From: Candidatus Doudnabacteria bacterium
GTDB lineage: Bacteria > Patescibacteriota > Doudnabacteria > UBA920
Assembly: GCA_003151625.1 (NCBI GenBank)
Contig: PLYC01000023.1
Coordinates: forward strand, 416-50,178
Length of the DNA: 49,763 nucleotides
Direction of reading: 5' to 3'
This document shows positions 9,821 to 19,813 of the stretch, one piece after another. The notes beneath the pieces were generated by a model. The model was not told the DNA's origin. It ran no database searches and saw only the letters and a list, made by a program, of their open reading frames with translations. Each line of letters opens with the position of its first letter. Position 1 is the first letter of the stretch. The translations under genes and the position numbers were made by a program.

Positions 9821-10559
9821 ATTTGTTCTCTGATACTGCCGTTTGATAATACATTGACACCTGTTCTCCTGTCGGTAATAAAACCATAAACTTAATAATG
9901 ATTACTACCGTTGGCTGAATTTTGGGCACCGAGCCGCCGGCGGGCTTGGTATAAGGATCTTTTTGCGGACGGACTATAAACATTAAGTTATCAATACGCG
10001 CATTGGGCGGATTTAATTTTTGAATTGCGGTTATATTATCCTTTTCCATAGCTAAAGTGCTGCCCCCGTTATTAGTGGAATCAAAATGGCTCGGAATGCT
10101 CCCTATGGTATCTACATAAATGACCCCATCGGCTTTTGCGTAATAAAAACACTCTTTAACGTTATCGGTATTAATAATCCCCAGCCAATTGCTTTTTGTA
10201 TTATAAATCGGGCTATCGCCTACCGAGACAGTACTACCGGGAGGCAAAGGAGGGCGACATGGGGCTTGGGGAGAATCATTGTTAATGCGAGGACCGTATT
10301 TCACATTACCGCTGTCCACATAATAATCGATTTGGCCGTTACGGACTTCCTTGACTAAAAATTCCACAAAATCGCGTGAATCCTGGGTAGCCTGCCTTAA
10401 AGCCTCCCCGCGTCGGTTGATTTTTAAAACATAATTAAACAAAGACAGTAAAGCCACTGCCACAATGGCAAAAATTACCGTGGCTACCATTATTTCCATC
10501 AATGTAAACCCAGCACCACTTTTCACTGATTGAATTTGTTTAACAGATTTAATTGGCAT
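9801..10559 (-). CDS. PilW/GspJ-like minor pilin
   Basis: AG|FTLMEIMVA N-methylation motif; ends YQTAVS. Confidence 0.85.
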   Translation of the reverse strand: MPIKSVKQIQSVKSGAGFTLMEIMVATVIFAIVAVALLSLFNYVLKINRRGEALRQATQDSRDFVEFLVKEVRNGQIDYYVDSGNVKYGPRINNDSPQAPCRPPLPPGSTVSVGDSPIYNTKSNWLGIINTDNVKECFYYAKADGVIYVDTIGSIPSHFDSTNNGGSTLAMEKDNITAIQKLNPPNARIDNLMFIVRPQKDPYTKPAGGSVPKIQPTVVIIIKFMVLLPTGEQVSMYYQTAVSENKYDIPNQ

Positions 10560-10612
10560 AACAATTTTAATTTCCCTACTATTTATATTAGAAAAAAGTG
10601 GTGCTGGGTAAA
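10505..10612 (-). repeat. family A element, copy 3, overlapping the start and cleavage site of the PilW-like gene
   Basis: Minus strand TTTACCCAGCACCACTTTT...AAAAGTGGTGCTGGGTTTA. Confidence 0.8.
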
Positions 10613-10629
10613 CCCTTTTTCCGCGGTAG

Positions 10630-11382
10630 CTAAAAATTCTTCCAGTTAGTTAAATAAGTATCCAGTTCCAACCTGCAAGACACCGATGCGCTGGAAAAAT
10701 CGGACGCCGCAGGGCATTTTTTGTCTACCCACCAGACCTGTGACTGTACTTTTAACATAGAAAGATTCGCGTCATTATTATAAGGAGCGTCGGTAGTATC
10801 ATTTGTAATTATAATTTTTCGGCAATAACCGGAGTTGCTGTTTAGACAGGTTACGCCGCTTCCCGGGCTGTAAAAACCGGTGGTACCGGAATTGTTGGCG
10901 TTAAAATTTAAGCCGTAATATGAATTATTGTCTTTTTTTAAAATCCAAAGATTTGCGGCCGAAGAATCAAAACCCAAGTAATAAAAATTTCCCGCGGTTG
11001 TGCCTGTGCCATTACAATTGTTGGTAGAATTATCGGACGAATTTAAACAGAAAGTTTTATTCAGCCAATTAACATAACAATCGGCAGTCAGCTGGCCAAC
11101 GGGACTTGAGGCAAAATTATAGCATCCTGGGGGGTTGGTAAGAGGATCTTTTATGGTGTCCTGCAACCAATTAGTGTCGCGCATATTCCTGACCGCTTCC
11201 AGACCTTCCCGAGCCAAGCCAGTGGCGATAATTTGTTTTACAATGCCCCCTGAAGAATTAAAAGCGTAAATGGCCAAACCGACAGAGGCGGTTAAGCCCA
11301 TTGTTAAAATAAACACGGCCGCCAAAGTTTCAATTAAAGTCTGTCCTGCTGAATATATTTTGTTTTGCCTTTTAATTTTCAT
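10630..11382 (-). CDS. PilV-like minor pilin
   Basis: AG|QTLIETLAA; A.GLAREGLEAVRNMRDTNWL; ends TYLTNWK. Confidence 0.85.
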   Translation of the reverse strand: MKIKRQNKIYSAGQTLIETLAAVFILTMGLTASVGLAIYAFNSSGGIVKQIIATGLAREGLEAVRNMRDTNWLQDTIKDPLTNPPGCYNFASSPVGQLTADCYVNWLNKTFCLNSSDNSTNNCNGTGTTAGNFYYLGFDSSAANLWILKKDNNSYYGLNFNANNSGTTGFYSPGSGVTCLNSNSGYCRKIIITNDTTDAPYNNDANLSMLKVQSQVWWVDKKCPAASDFSSASVSCRLELDTYLTNWKNF

Positions 11383-11436
11383 TTTTATGAGACTTAAACG
11401 TTTAAGGAGAGCGTCCTCAGTCAGCCAAATGTAGTA

Positions 11437-12198
11437 TTAATTGAAAGTTACCGAACCAGTTATCGCGTTTATAGTGACGGTTTTAAAAACAGTTTTGCCG
11501 GTATCGCTTAGAGTGATTGTCATTATAGAGTCGGTGCTGGCGCTACAGGGCGGTGGATTTCCACTGCTGTTGCAAGAAACGTTATTCTGGAAGTTAATAA
11601 TTTTTTCATAATCATTTGAGTCATCCGATGAAGGGATTGTGTAAGGCATACTGGCAGGGTTTAGCGGATTGCATCCCTTGTCAAGAATTACTTTGGCAAA
11701 AGGTGCGGCGTAAACCAAGAACGCGCAGGTTGGAGTTTGTAAATATTGATTGGGGGGACTATATTGATTTGCCGCGTCGCCAGCCGCGGAACGGTCGATG
11801 GTTATGGGATAGGTAGCGGGAGTAATTGTGGCAATTTGGATATTTGCGGGCAGATTTATGGTTTGAATGTCCACAAGCATGGGTGCGCTGCTAACATTAT
11901 ATATTGCCTCAAGAGTATATTGTGTGGGTTTGGATAAATCGAATTTGAGTACATAAAACTGAACCGATTGGCCTCCGGACAAAGTTCTGGCAGATAGTGT
12001 GTAGCTTTGGGCCAATCTAATGTTGCTGACCAGCTCATTTTGAGCAATCTTAACATTTCGCCCCGCCCTTTGCCCGGCTAAATTTATAACCATAGCCGTG
12101 GCCAGCATAACCATAATCACCAAAACCACCATTAGTTCCATAAGGGTGAATCCGGAATCAGGTTTTAGATTTAAGGTTTTAGATTTAAGGTTTAACAT
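11437..12198 (-). CDS. FimT/GspH-like minor pilin
   Basis: SG|FTLMELMVV; ELVSNIRLAQS; ends TVTINAITG. Confidence 0.85.
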   Translation of the reverse strand: MLNLKSKTLNLKPDSGFTLMELMVVLVIMVMLATAMVINLAGQRAGRNVKIAQNELVSNIRLAQSYTLSARTLSGGQSVQFYVLKFDLSKPTQYTLEAIYNVSSAPMLVDIQTINLPANIQIATITPATYPITIDRSAAGDAANQYSPPNQYLQTPTCAFLVYAAPFAKVILDKGCNPLNPASMPYTIPSSDDSNDYEKIINFQNNVSCNSSGNPPPCSASTDSIMTITLSDTGKTVFKTVTINAITGSVTFN

Positions 12199-12342
12199 TT
12201 CAAAAATTTTTGTTTCAAAACCGAATGAACGAAATTTAAACTGAAATTAGGGAATTGTGAAATTAATTAGAGCAAACGATACCCCCACAATTTCTCTAAG
12301 TTCCATATAATTTCATAATTTCTTTTGTACTCTTATTATGCC

Positions 12343-13146
12343 TTAAAAACCCAAAATTGCCAAATACCAATTTAGCACTTTGTCCCCATAAAACAAGGCC
12401 AAAACAGTGCCCAAAGCCAAAAATGTGCCAAAAGGAATCTGACTTTTTAAGTTTTTTCCCATAAATATGAGCAAAAATGCCGAAACTACCCCGCCTAACA
12501 ATATTGCCAGCATAAAACCTACTAAAATTAGTGGCCATCCTAAAGCCAAACCAAGCAAAATTGCTAGTTTAACATCGCCAAAACCCAGCCAAAGCCCTTT
12601 GGAAAAAAACCAGACCAGATAAAAAAACACCCAGAGGACTGCCGCTGCTATAAGCCCAGATAAAAAGTTACTATGCGGGCTAAAAATATTTATTTTCAGG
12701 CAAACATCTAAAATTATATTTAATAAAAATATGGCGCCGGAGACCGGGAAGATTACTTCGTCTAAAATTAAAAAATGCTCCAAATCAACAACAAAAATTA
12801 CGACGAGAGCAGCCAAAATTATCCAATATTTTAAAAGCTGTATTGCCGGTACCAAATTTTGCGGTTGTATATAATAATAGGAGACGGCAAACAACAGCCC
12901 GGTAATGGCTTCTAAAATAAAATAGCGCGGAGAAATTTTTACTTTACAATATCGGCAATTTCCGAATAAAAACAAATAACTTAGTAAAGGAGCCAAATCC
13001 AAAACCCCCAGCGTGTGCCCGCATGAGATGCAGTGAGAACGTCCGTTTAGGGATTGATTCGCCGGCAAACGCAATATGATCACGTTTAAAAAACTGCCGA
13101 TTATTGAACCAAAGCAAAACGCTAAAAAAGTTAAAATTAATTGCAT
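12343..13146 (-). CDS. pilD: prepilin peptidase/N-methyltransferase (A24)
   Basis: GSFLNVIILRLP, RSHCISC...CRYC, D-LEH and GFGDVKL catalytic Asps, IPFGTFL. Confidence 0.95.
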   Translation of the reverse strand: MQLILTFLAFCFGSIIGSFLNVIILRLPANQSLNGRSHCISCGHTLGVLDLAPLLSYLFLFGNCRYCKVKISPRYFILEAITGLLFAVSYYYIQPQNLVPAIQLLKYWIILAALVVIFVVDLEHFLILDEVIFPVSGAIFLLNIILDVCLKINIFSPHSNFLSGLIAAAVLWVFFYLVWFFSKGLWLGFGDVKLAILLGLALGWPLILVGFMLAILLGGVVSAFLLIFMGKNLKSQIPFGTFLALGTVLALFYGDKVLNWYLAILGF

Positions 13147-13289
13147 AAATTTTGTTTATAAATCTTGTCCGGTTGATGGGCACCATCAGGGATAAATCTT
13201 TTATTTAAGTTGACGATAATTACCGGACAAGCCTGGTTTTTTAAACTCCCTGAAGGTGCCCATCAGGAAACCGCGACTTAGCCTTAACT

Positions 13290-15278
13290 TTATTCCAAAT
13301 GAGCGGCTTGGGGGGCGATTTGGAAAGGCACTTTTTTAATATCGGCTTGATGTTTGACCAGATATAAATAATATTCCAGTTGAGGAATATCAGGCCTGGT
13401 CTTAAAAGCCCTGGACAAAGCCTGAATAGTTGCCGATCTGTTGTTTTCCAACTGATAAATTTTTGCCAGCAAAACCCAAGGGGCAAAATTACTGTCATCC
13501 AGCGTTAAATTTTTAATGACAGCCGATTTGGACGCATTTAAGTCGCCAAGCTGATAATAATACAAAGACTCCTGACCGTACCTGTCCGCAAAATATTTAT
13601 CTATACTCAATGAATGGTTCATTTCGTCTATGGCGAATTGCAAATAAATTTTATTCCCGGTGGATATATAAAGTAAATTATACATATTGCTGGCTTCCAG
13701 GTATGTGCCGGCCTGTGCGGGATGAATGGCGGTAAATTTTTTAATATCATTACTAATAACATCTGGGTCGGTTTTTAAACCAATCTCTCCGCCTATCCTG
13801 TAAATTTCATAAAGCTGATTTGTCGGATTAACTTTTTCCGCCAACGAGCTAAGCTTCAAAGAACGCTGGTAATCCCCGTTTAAATACCCCTGTTTGGCAA
13901 AGCCGAACAAGTATTCGGAAAATACCAAGTCAACTCCAAAAATTATTAATACGATTCCCAAAGCATATCCTGCCCATTTAAGCCTGTTAACGAGCGAGAA
14001 GCTTTTGGTGCGGGTGTATTCAACCAGCAACCCAGAGAGAATAACAGCTAGCAGTAAAAACATCGGGATAGGCGCCGGGTTAAAACTCACGCCAACACAC
14101 CAAGCGACGAGCGCAGACAAACTGGCTATTGTAAGCAAGTCTTTATCCGTTTGTAATTTTTTTACACCGCAATACCCCGATGTTGCCAGGAGGCCTAAAA
14201 AAATTAAAAGGAACGGCAAACCGCCGGTTACGGCCAAACGCAAAAATAAATTGTGGGGATCGTCAAAAACCCCAATTTGAGGTCTGGCCGGCCTATTCTG
14301 CTCAAAAAATAATGAAAAAGTTCCAAGCCCGCTTCCCAAAACAGGATGCAAAGCCACGCCGTGAAGCGATATCTGCCAGGCCGCCAGCCTGGAAGTTGTG
14401 TTGGAATCTGCGTTTTGAATAACCGAAGCAACAGCCAAAGGGCGACTCACATCCAAAAAAATATTCCCGAAACCCAAGCCCAGCAAAACCACTACAAGTA
14501 AACCAAAAAAGATTTTTTTTGGGAAACGAAAAATCAACAACAAAACCAATGTTGTGCAAGCAAAGGCAAACATCGCCAAAAGCGCGCCCCGGCTGGCTAA
14601 AAACAAATTAGCCGTAAAAATTATAAAAACGCATAAGCCGAAGTAAATTTTAGAAGGGAATTTTTTGGCCTGGAGCCAAAAATACAAAACAAAGGGCATA
14701 ATGGCGGCCAAAAACATGGCACTAAAATCGGGGTTTCCCAAAAGGCTGGGTCCCTGGACAAAGCCTGTGCCAGTACCCGCGAAATAGGTAATGTTAAAAG
14801 CCTGCAGGCAGGCAATTACAGAAACCGCCAGAGCATCAAAAACCAAAATTTTTAATAAAAAAATAAACTTGTCTTTGTCCAGCGTGTTTACCAACAATAT
14901 TAAAAAAATAATTAATGCGGAGTAAAAAACCAAGCTGTCTGTAAAACGGTAATACGTGCCAAAAACGCTGTACAAAACATCAATGGAAAAAATTGTGGAA
15001 AGCAACGCCCAAATAAAAAAACCCGCCATTAAATAAAAAAAGGCTTTATTGAATTTCCAATCCCCGGAATTTTTTAACTGGTGATAAAGAAAAGACAATA
15101 AAGCACAGCCAACCAAAACCAGCATCAGGCTGAATTTGATTGTTTCAAAATTTTCATTGGTCAGTAAAATAAAGGCCAATGGGCAGATAAAAACCAAAAA
15201 ACTCAAGCAACTGAATGTTGAGTCTTCGCGATACGGCAAACGAAGTTTTTCTAAGTTGAACATCATTAGTAATGACAA
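13290..15278 (-). CDS. O-antigen ligase-like (Wzy_C) membrane protein with TPR-like tail; possible pilin oligosaccharyltransferase
   Basis: Multiple TM segments; SLLGNP, LASRGALLA, SRLAAW...HPVLGSGLGTF, DPHNLFL motifs; lies in the pilus cluster; start may be the ATG at 15266. Confidence 0.8.
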   Translation of the reverse strand: MSLLMMFNLEKLRLPYREDSTFSCLSFLVFICPLAFILLTNENFETIKFSLMLVLVGCALLSFLYHQLKNSGDWKFNKAFFYLMAGFFIWALLSTIFSIDVLYSVFGTYYRFTDSLVFYSALIIFLILLVNTLDKDKFIFLLKILVFDALAVSVIACLQAFNITYFAGTGTGFVQGPSLLGNPDFSAMFLAAIMPFVLYFWLQAKKFPSKIYFGLCVFIIFTANLFLASRGALLAMFAFACTTLVLLLIFRFPKKIFFGLLVVVLLGLGFGNIFLDVSRPLAVASVIQNADSNTTSRLAAWQISLHGVALHPVLGSGLGTFSLFFEQNRPARPQIGVFDDPHNLFLRLAVTGGLPFLLIFLGLLATSGYCGVKKLQTDKDLLTIASLSALVAWCVGVSFNPAPIPMFLLLAVILSGLLVEYTRTKSFSLVNRLKWAGYALGIVLIIFGVDLVFSEYLFGFAKQGYLNGDYQRSLKLSSLAEKVNPTNQLYEIYRIGGEIGLKTDPDVISNDIKKFTAIHPAQAGTYLEASNMYNLLYISTGNKIYLQFAIDEMNHSLSIDKYFADRYGQESLYYYQLGDLNASKSAVIKNLTLDDSNFAPWVLLAKIYQLENNRSATIQALSRAFKTRPDIPQLEYYLYLVKHQADIKKVPFQIAPQAAHLE

Positions 15279-15435
15279 AATTTACCTGCCCGCCATGCCA
15301 TAATTTCGATGGCGAGAATGCCAGATTAAATAATTAGCTTTAATAATTAGCACCTTGCGCCAAAGCAGGCTTGGCAGGCGGGAAAAATTGACATAATTGA
15401 CAAAACGATAAGCTTTATTTTCATTTATAGCTATC

Positions 15436-15489
15436 ATCCCGAGCCCGATTTGTCGGGAGAGGGATCCCTCACTTCGTTCGGGACGGCAG
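15436..15489. repeat. TCATCCCGAGC...CTTCGTTCGGGACGGCA palindromic element
   Basis: GC-rich imperfect hairpin in an AT-rich gap; shares CCCGAGC/CCTGAGC with elements near 25170 and 27726. Confidence 0.55.
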
Positions 15490-15533
15490 TAAACTGCCGA
15501 TTTTGTCAATTTTTTAAATTTTGTACATTTTTG

Positions 15534-15962
15534 TCATTTCCCAATACTGTTCCACCCCGCCTTATATCCTCCCTCCGCCGTCGGCAAGCAAAAGCTTAAC
15601 TGGAAAGTTACCGGATCCGGTCTTTTATAAACAAAACTTTGGCTGCAGTTAGATGACGAATAATTGGGCAGAGGAAAATTGCTCATATAGGTTAACATAA
15701 GATTTTGATTGTCAAATTCCGTGGCTGTTGGGTAGCGGTTTTGGTCCTGATAAAAAAATTGCAGGGCTTGCGCCGCGCTCTTGGCGGTTTGAATGACTAT
15801 TTTGGCCTGGGAAATTTTTTGCCCCATGGAATTTCCCCAAGAAATGACCAATAATAAAACAACAGCCGCTAACAGGCTGCTAAATAAAATTTTGATTTTG
15901 TTTGAAAAATGAAAATCCACTTTGATATTTGACTTTAACTGACGGACATCCGCCAATAGCAT
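15534..15962 (-). CDS. pilin/GspG-like protein lacking a canonical prepilin motif
   Basis: One TM segment, then ALQFFYQDQNRYP and FQLSFCL, paralleling the adjacent pilin (AMELYFNDQNSYP, YALTFCL). Confidence 0.65.
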   Translation of the reverse strand: MLLADVRQLKSNIKVDFHFSNKIKILFSSLLAAVVLLLVISWGNSMGQKISQAKIVIQTAKSAAQALQFFYQDQNRYPTATEFDNQNLMLTYMSNFPLPNYSSSNCSQSFVYKRPDPVTFQLSFCLPTAEGGYKAGWNSIGK

Positions 15963-15972
15963 TTATTTCAAT

Positions 15973-16012
15973 ATTTTCTATCCCGCCCCACTTCTGGGAC
16001 GGGATAGAAAAT
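15973..16012 (-). terminator. terminator after the major pilin gene
   Basis: ATTTTCTATCCCG...CGGGATAGAAAAT hairpin. Confidence 0.6.
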
Positions 16013-16021
16013 TAAACTAAA

Positions 16022-16495
16022 CTATTGAATACCAGCTGGGGTCAAGGTATGCTGACCTGCGGAATAACCGCCTGTCACTGCTCCTAAACAGAAAGTAAGG
16101 GCATAAACATTTGTCGTGTTAGTTGCGTTGTTGGCTACCCAGACATAATCACCGTTATTGAAGTTTGTGCAAGTACCGTCTGCCGGAGCAGGCGCCGTAG
16201 GAAGCAAACCTATATAATTCGGAGCGATATTCGGTAAACCAAGATTGGTGTTAGTTTTACCGCTTCCTGGAGATCCCATAGTACCACCGGCTTGGGTCGG
16301 ATAACTGTTTTGGTCGTTAAAATACAACTCCATAGCTGAAGCTAACTGCCTGATATCGGCAATTCTTTTTGCGTCCCTGGCCTTGGCTCGAGCCCCATTT
16401 AAGGCCAATAAGACCACAGAAGCTAAAAGACCGATAATGGCAATAACTACCAGCAATTCGATTAAAGTAAATCCAGATTTATTTTTGTTTCTCAA
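16022..16495 (-). CDS. major type IV pilin
   Basis: SG|FTLIELLVVIAIIGLLASVV...ARAKARDAKRIADIRQL; likely TTG start after the SD-like GGGGGTGA; has its own promoter and terminator. Confidence 0.9.
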   Translation of the reverse strand: MRNKNKSGFTLIELLVVIAIIGLLASVVLLALNGARAKARDAKRIADIRQLASAMELYFNDQNSYPTQAGGTMGSPGSGKTNTNLGLPNIAPNYIGLLPTAPAPADGTCTNFNNGDYVWVANNATNTTNVYALTFCLGAVTGGYSAGQHTLTPAGIQ

Positions 16496-16641
16496 TGTTT
16501 TCACCCCCAATCTTAGTCTAAAATAACCCTTCAAGTTCCCGCCGAACGTTAAGCCAGAAAAAACCAGCTTAAGCTCTTTGTTCCCTCCAACTTAAGTTAC
16601 GACTTTTTTAGAAAATGAAGGATAATATTTAAGTTAAGTTT

Positions 16642-16669
16642 ATTATACCATTTTTCATACAAACAGCAA
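16642..16669 (-). promoter_or_regulatory. internal promoter for the pilin gene
   Basis: TTGCTG-16-TATAAT with an extended TG. Confidence 0.55.
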
Positions 16670-16774
16670 GGAAAGTTATGCACAGAGAATAACTAATAAT
16701 CGGTAATTTATAACCCATAACAGGAACACGCTACTAGAGTTATAGGTTATAAATTATTAATTATCAGTTACTGT

Positions 16775-17980
16775 CTATCCAGAAGTGCTAGCCAGATTAT
16801 AAATTGGCAACAAAATACCCGCAACCAATATACCCACGCCAATACCTAATATAATCATAATTATAGGTTCTAGAAGCGTAGTCAAGGTCGAAACTTTGCT
16901 GTCCACTTCTTTTTCATAAAAATTGGCCAATTTTGCCATAATGTCGTCCAGCTGGGCGGTTTGCTCCCCCACCCGAACCATCTGCGTCACAATGCTGGGG
17001 AACTCGGGGTGGCCGGTTAGCCCTTCGCTAATGCTTTTACCTGCCTGAATTTTAACAACTGTGTCTAAAATAATTTCGCGATAAATAGTGTTGTTAATTA
17101 TTTCCGCTACAATCTGCAGGGCTTTAATAATCGGGATGCCGCCGATTACCAACGTTGACAAATTCCGAGCAAACCGGGCCAGGTAAATTTTTTGAAAAAT
17201 ATCGCCAATTATGGGGAATTTGATTTTTACAATATCCCAGTTTCTCCTGCCGCCTACAGTTGAAATGTAATACCTAAAACCCAAAATTAATCCGGCAATT
17301 ATTATTAAAACTATCCACCAAAAGTTATTAAAAAAGTTAGTCGCGGCTATGAGCCAAATAGAGACAGTAGGCAAAGTCCCCCCCTGTTCCTGCAGCACAA
17401 TAGTTAAATTAGGCAAAACAAACTTAAACATTAACATACCAATGCCGAGTAAAGCCGACAATACGAATATCGGATAAGTCATGGCACTTTTAACTTTGCC
17501 GCCGAGTTCATAATCTTTTTCCAACTGATCGGCCAAATAAACCAAAGATTTATCCAGTGAGCCGGAAACTTCACCGGACATAACCAAACTGATATAAACG
17601 TTTCCAAAAACGTTCTGGTATTTGGCCATGGCGTTACTCAAGCTGTCGCCGTTTTCCACTGCGGAAATTAAATCGGAAATTACGCTTAATAGATATTTTC
17701 CGGTAATTTGCTCCTGCAAAATCCTTAAAGACTGGATAATCGGCACGCGCGCGGAAATTAAAGTGGCTAACTGGCGCGAAAACAAAACCAGTTCCTTATT
17801 TTTAACCGATTTACCAAACGGATTATATTTAACAAAAATATTACCCTGTTCCTGCTCCAAAGAAATAATCACCAAACCGTTTTCCGCCAGCAGGCCTTCC
17901 GCCTTGTTCTGATCTACCGCGACCACTGCTCCGCTTTGGATATTACCCTCTTTATTTTTGGCTTTATAATTGAATTTCAT
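16775..17980 (-). CDS. pilC: type IV pilus platform protein (GspF family)
   Basis: FSRQLATLI, GEVSGSL, SAMTYP, ARFARNLSTL, VGEQTAQL, LLEP. Confidence 0.95.
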   Translation of the reverse strand: MKFNYKAKNKEGNIQSGAVVAVDQNKAEGLLAENGLVIISLEQEQGNIFVKYNPFGKSVKNKELVLFSRQLATLISARVPIIQSLRILQEQITGKYLLSVISDLISAVENGDSLSNAMAKYQNVFGNVYISLVMSGEVSGSLDKSLVYLADQLEKDYELGGKVKSAMTYPIFVLSALLGIGMLMFKFVLPNLTIVLQEQGGTLPTVSIWLIAATNFFNNFWWIVLIIIAGLILGFRYYISTVGGRRNWDIVKIKFPIIGDIFQKIYLARFARNLSTLVIGGIPIIKALQIVAEIINNTIYREIILDTVVKIQAGKSISEGLTGHPEFPSIVTQMVRVGEQTAQLDDIMAKLANFYEKEVDSKVSTLTTLLEPIIMIILGIGVGILVAGILLPIYNLASTSG

Positions 17981-18082
17981 ATATTGTAGAAGCGAAAATT
18001 TGCGCGTATCAGTGAGCGAAGATAAACGCGAATTCGCGTTTTTATTCGCGCTACCGTCCTCGCGTCTAACTTCGCTTCTATT

Positions 18083-19153
18083 TTAAGATATTAAAGAGAG
18101 AAAGTACTCGTTGTCTGAAACAAAATTTTGAGCGACTTCAAACTCCACCTGCCCCTGTTTAACCAAAAGTGCCAGTGTTTTATCCAGCGGTACCATGCCT
18201 TCTTCCAAACTGGTGTGAATAATGTTGGAAATTTCGTAAATTTTATTGTCCCTAATAACGTTTCTGACGGCATGATTGACCATCATAATTTCATAGGCCG
18301 GCACCCGACCCCCTCCAACTTTGGGGAGCAAACGCAAACTCACTATACCCACCAACACCGAGGCGAGCTGGCTGCGGATTTGTTGCTGCTGGCCGGAAGG
18401 AAAAACATCCACAATACGGTCTATACTTTGACCGGCGTCGTTGGTGTGCAAAGTTCCAAACACCAAATGTCCGGTTTCGGCAACTGTTAACGCGGCGGAT
18501 ATGGAATCTAGATCGCGCATTTCACCCACCAGCACCACGTTAATGTCTTCGCGCAAAGCCGAGCGCAGAGCATCCGCAAAGGTTACGGTGTCCAAATACA
18601 GTTCTCTTTGAGATATTATGGACTTATCCGGCGTAAACACAAATTCTATCGGGTCTTCAATGGTTAAAATGTGTTCGGCTCTGGTAGTGTTTATTTCGTT
18701 AATTAACGCCGCGAGCGCCGTAGATTTGCCGTGCCCGGTTGGACCGACCATAAGCACCAAACCCTGTTTTCTGTCAATAAATTTTCTAAAAGTTGAAGGC
18801 AAATTCAACTCTTCAATGGTTTTTATATGGTTTGGAATAACTCTTAAAGCAATGCCTAAAACTCCTTTTTGCTTATAAGCGTTAACGCGGAAACGGATGT
18901 TGTCTTTAAAAGCATAGGAAAAGTCTATCTGCAAATCTTTCTCAAACATTTCCTTTTGCTGAGGGGAAAGTAAGACGTTGAGCAGGTCGTTAATATTATC
19001 ATTGCTTAACACCTGATAATTATCCAGGCGAATAAGCTGGGTATCGACGCGAATAACCGGCGGCTCTCCGACCATTAAATGCAAGTCTGAGGAGTCGCGC
19101 TCCAAGACTATGGAAAGCAGTTTATTTAATTCAAGTTCGCTGGCTTTATACAT
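18083..19153 (-). CDS. pilT: pilus retraction ATPase
   Basis: SSDLHL, RFRVNAY, GPTGHGKST, TIEDPIE, SALRED, GEMRD, ETGHLVFGTLHT; start placed at MYKAS. Confidence 0.95.
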   Translation of the reverse strand: MYKASELELNKLLSIVLERDSSDLHLMVGEPPVIRVDTQLIRLDNYQVLSNDNINDLLNVLLSPQQKEMFEKDLQIDFSYAFKDNIRFRVNAYKQKGVLGIALRVIPNHIKTIEELNLPSTFRKFIDRKQGLVLMVGPTGHGKSTALAALINEINTTRAEHILTIEDPIEFVFTPDKSIISQRELYLDTVTFADALRSALREDINVVLVGEMRDLDSISAALTVAETGHLVFGTLHTNDAGQSIDRIVDVFPSGQQQQIRSQLASVLVGIVSLRLLPKVGGGRVPAYEIMMVNHAVRNVIRDNKIYEISNIIHTSLEEGMVPLDKTLALLVKQGQVEFEVAQNFVSDNEYFLSLIS

Positions 19154-19281
19154 AAATATATCGAATTTACGAATTAGGCGAATCTGCGAATGTTCTACGA
19201 ATCTGCGAATTCGTATATTCGCCCGCCTCGCATCGGCGCGAGTCGAGGCGGGTTCCATTCGTTGATTCGATTTATTAATAA

Positions 19282-19710
19282 TTATACTTGTAATATTGTT
19301 TTTACTAAAATCGGGATATCCTGTGGTCGGCTTAGATTACGGTTTAGGTGGCCTAATACCCCGGCGTCCATAAGATCTTTTGTCCCCTGATATCCTAAAT
19401 CACGCGCTGTTGTCAGGAGACTCAATTCCGGAAACTTACGGTTTAATGCGGAAATTAGGCTGGGAGCTTTAAAAGGGGGAGTTATCCCGTCGGCGCAAAA
19501 AATTAACAAGTGCGGCTGGAAACTTATTATCATATCGGTAACTTCACTCAAATTCGGGCAGTGCTTTATATCAAAATTGTGCATGCGCAAATAGTGAGCA
19601 TAAAGCGCGGCTAAGTACGTTTCCGGTTCATAAATTAAAATCCTTTTGGGAACAACGGTTACCCCGGCTAAATCCGCCAAATTAAGTTTTTGTTTAAATA
19701 GATAAGCCAT
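19282..19710 (-). CDS. degenerate receiver (REC-like) domain protein
   Basis: KRILIYE...PHLLIF...LLTT...AGVLGHLNR...P follows REC spacing but lacks the canonical active-site residues. Confidence 0.65.
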   Translation of the reverse strand: MAYLFKQKLNLADLAGVTVVPKRILIYEPETYLAALYAHYLRMHNFDIKHCPNLSEVTDMIISFQPHLLIFCADGITPPFKAPSLISALNRKFPELSLLTTARDLGYQGTKDLMDAGVLGHLNRNLSRPQDIPILVKTILQV

Positions 19711-19813
19711 TTTTTGTATTAACTAAAATTAAGTAAAAAATAATTAAAATTAAATAAAATTTACTGCACCGATTTTTATTTAATTTTACTTAATTTTGGT
19801 CAATTTTATTTAA

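Noticed and set aside
15282-15509. 75-aa ORF containing CRPERSEGS
   Set aside because: It is the translation of a palindromic repeat element, with no other coding signal.
19154-19258. 35-aa N-terminal extension of PilT
   Set aside because: Derived from periodic hairpin repeats; the ATG at 19153 gives a normal-length PilT.
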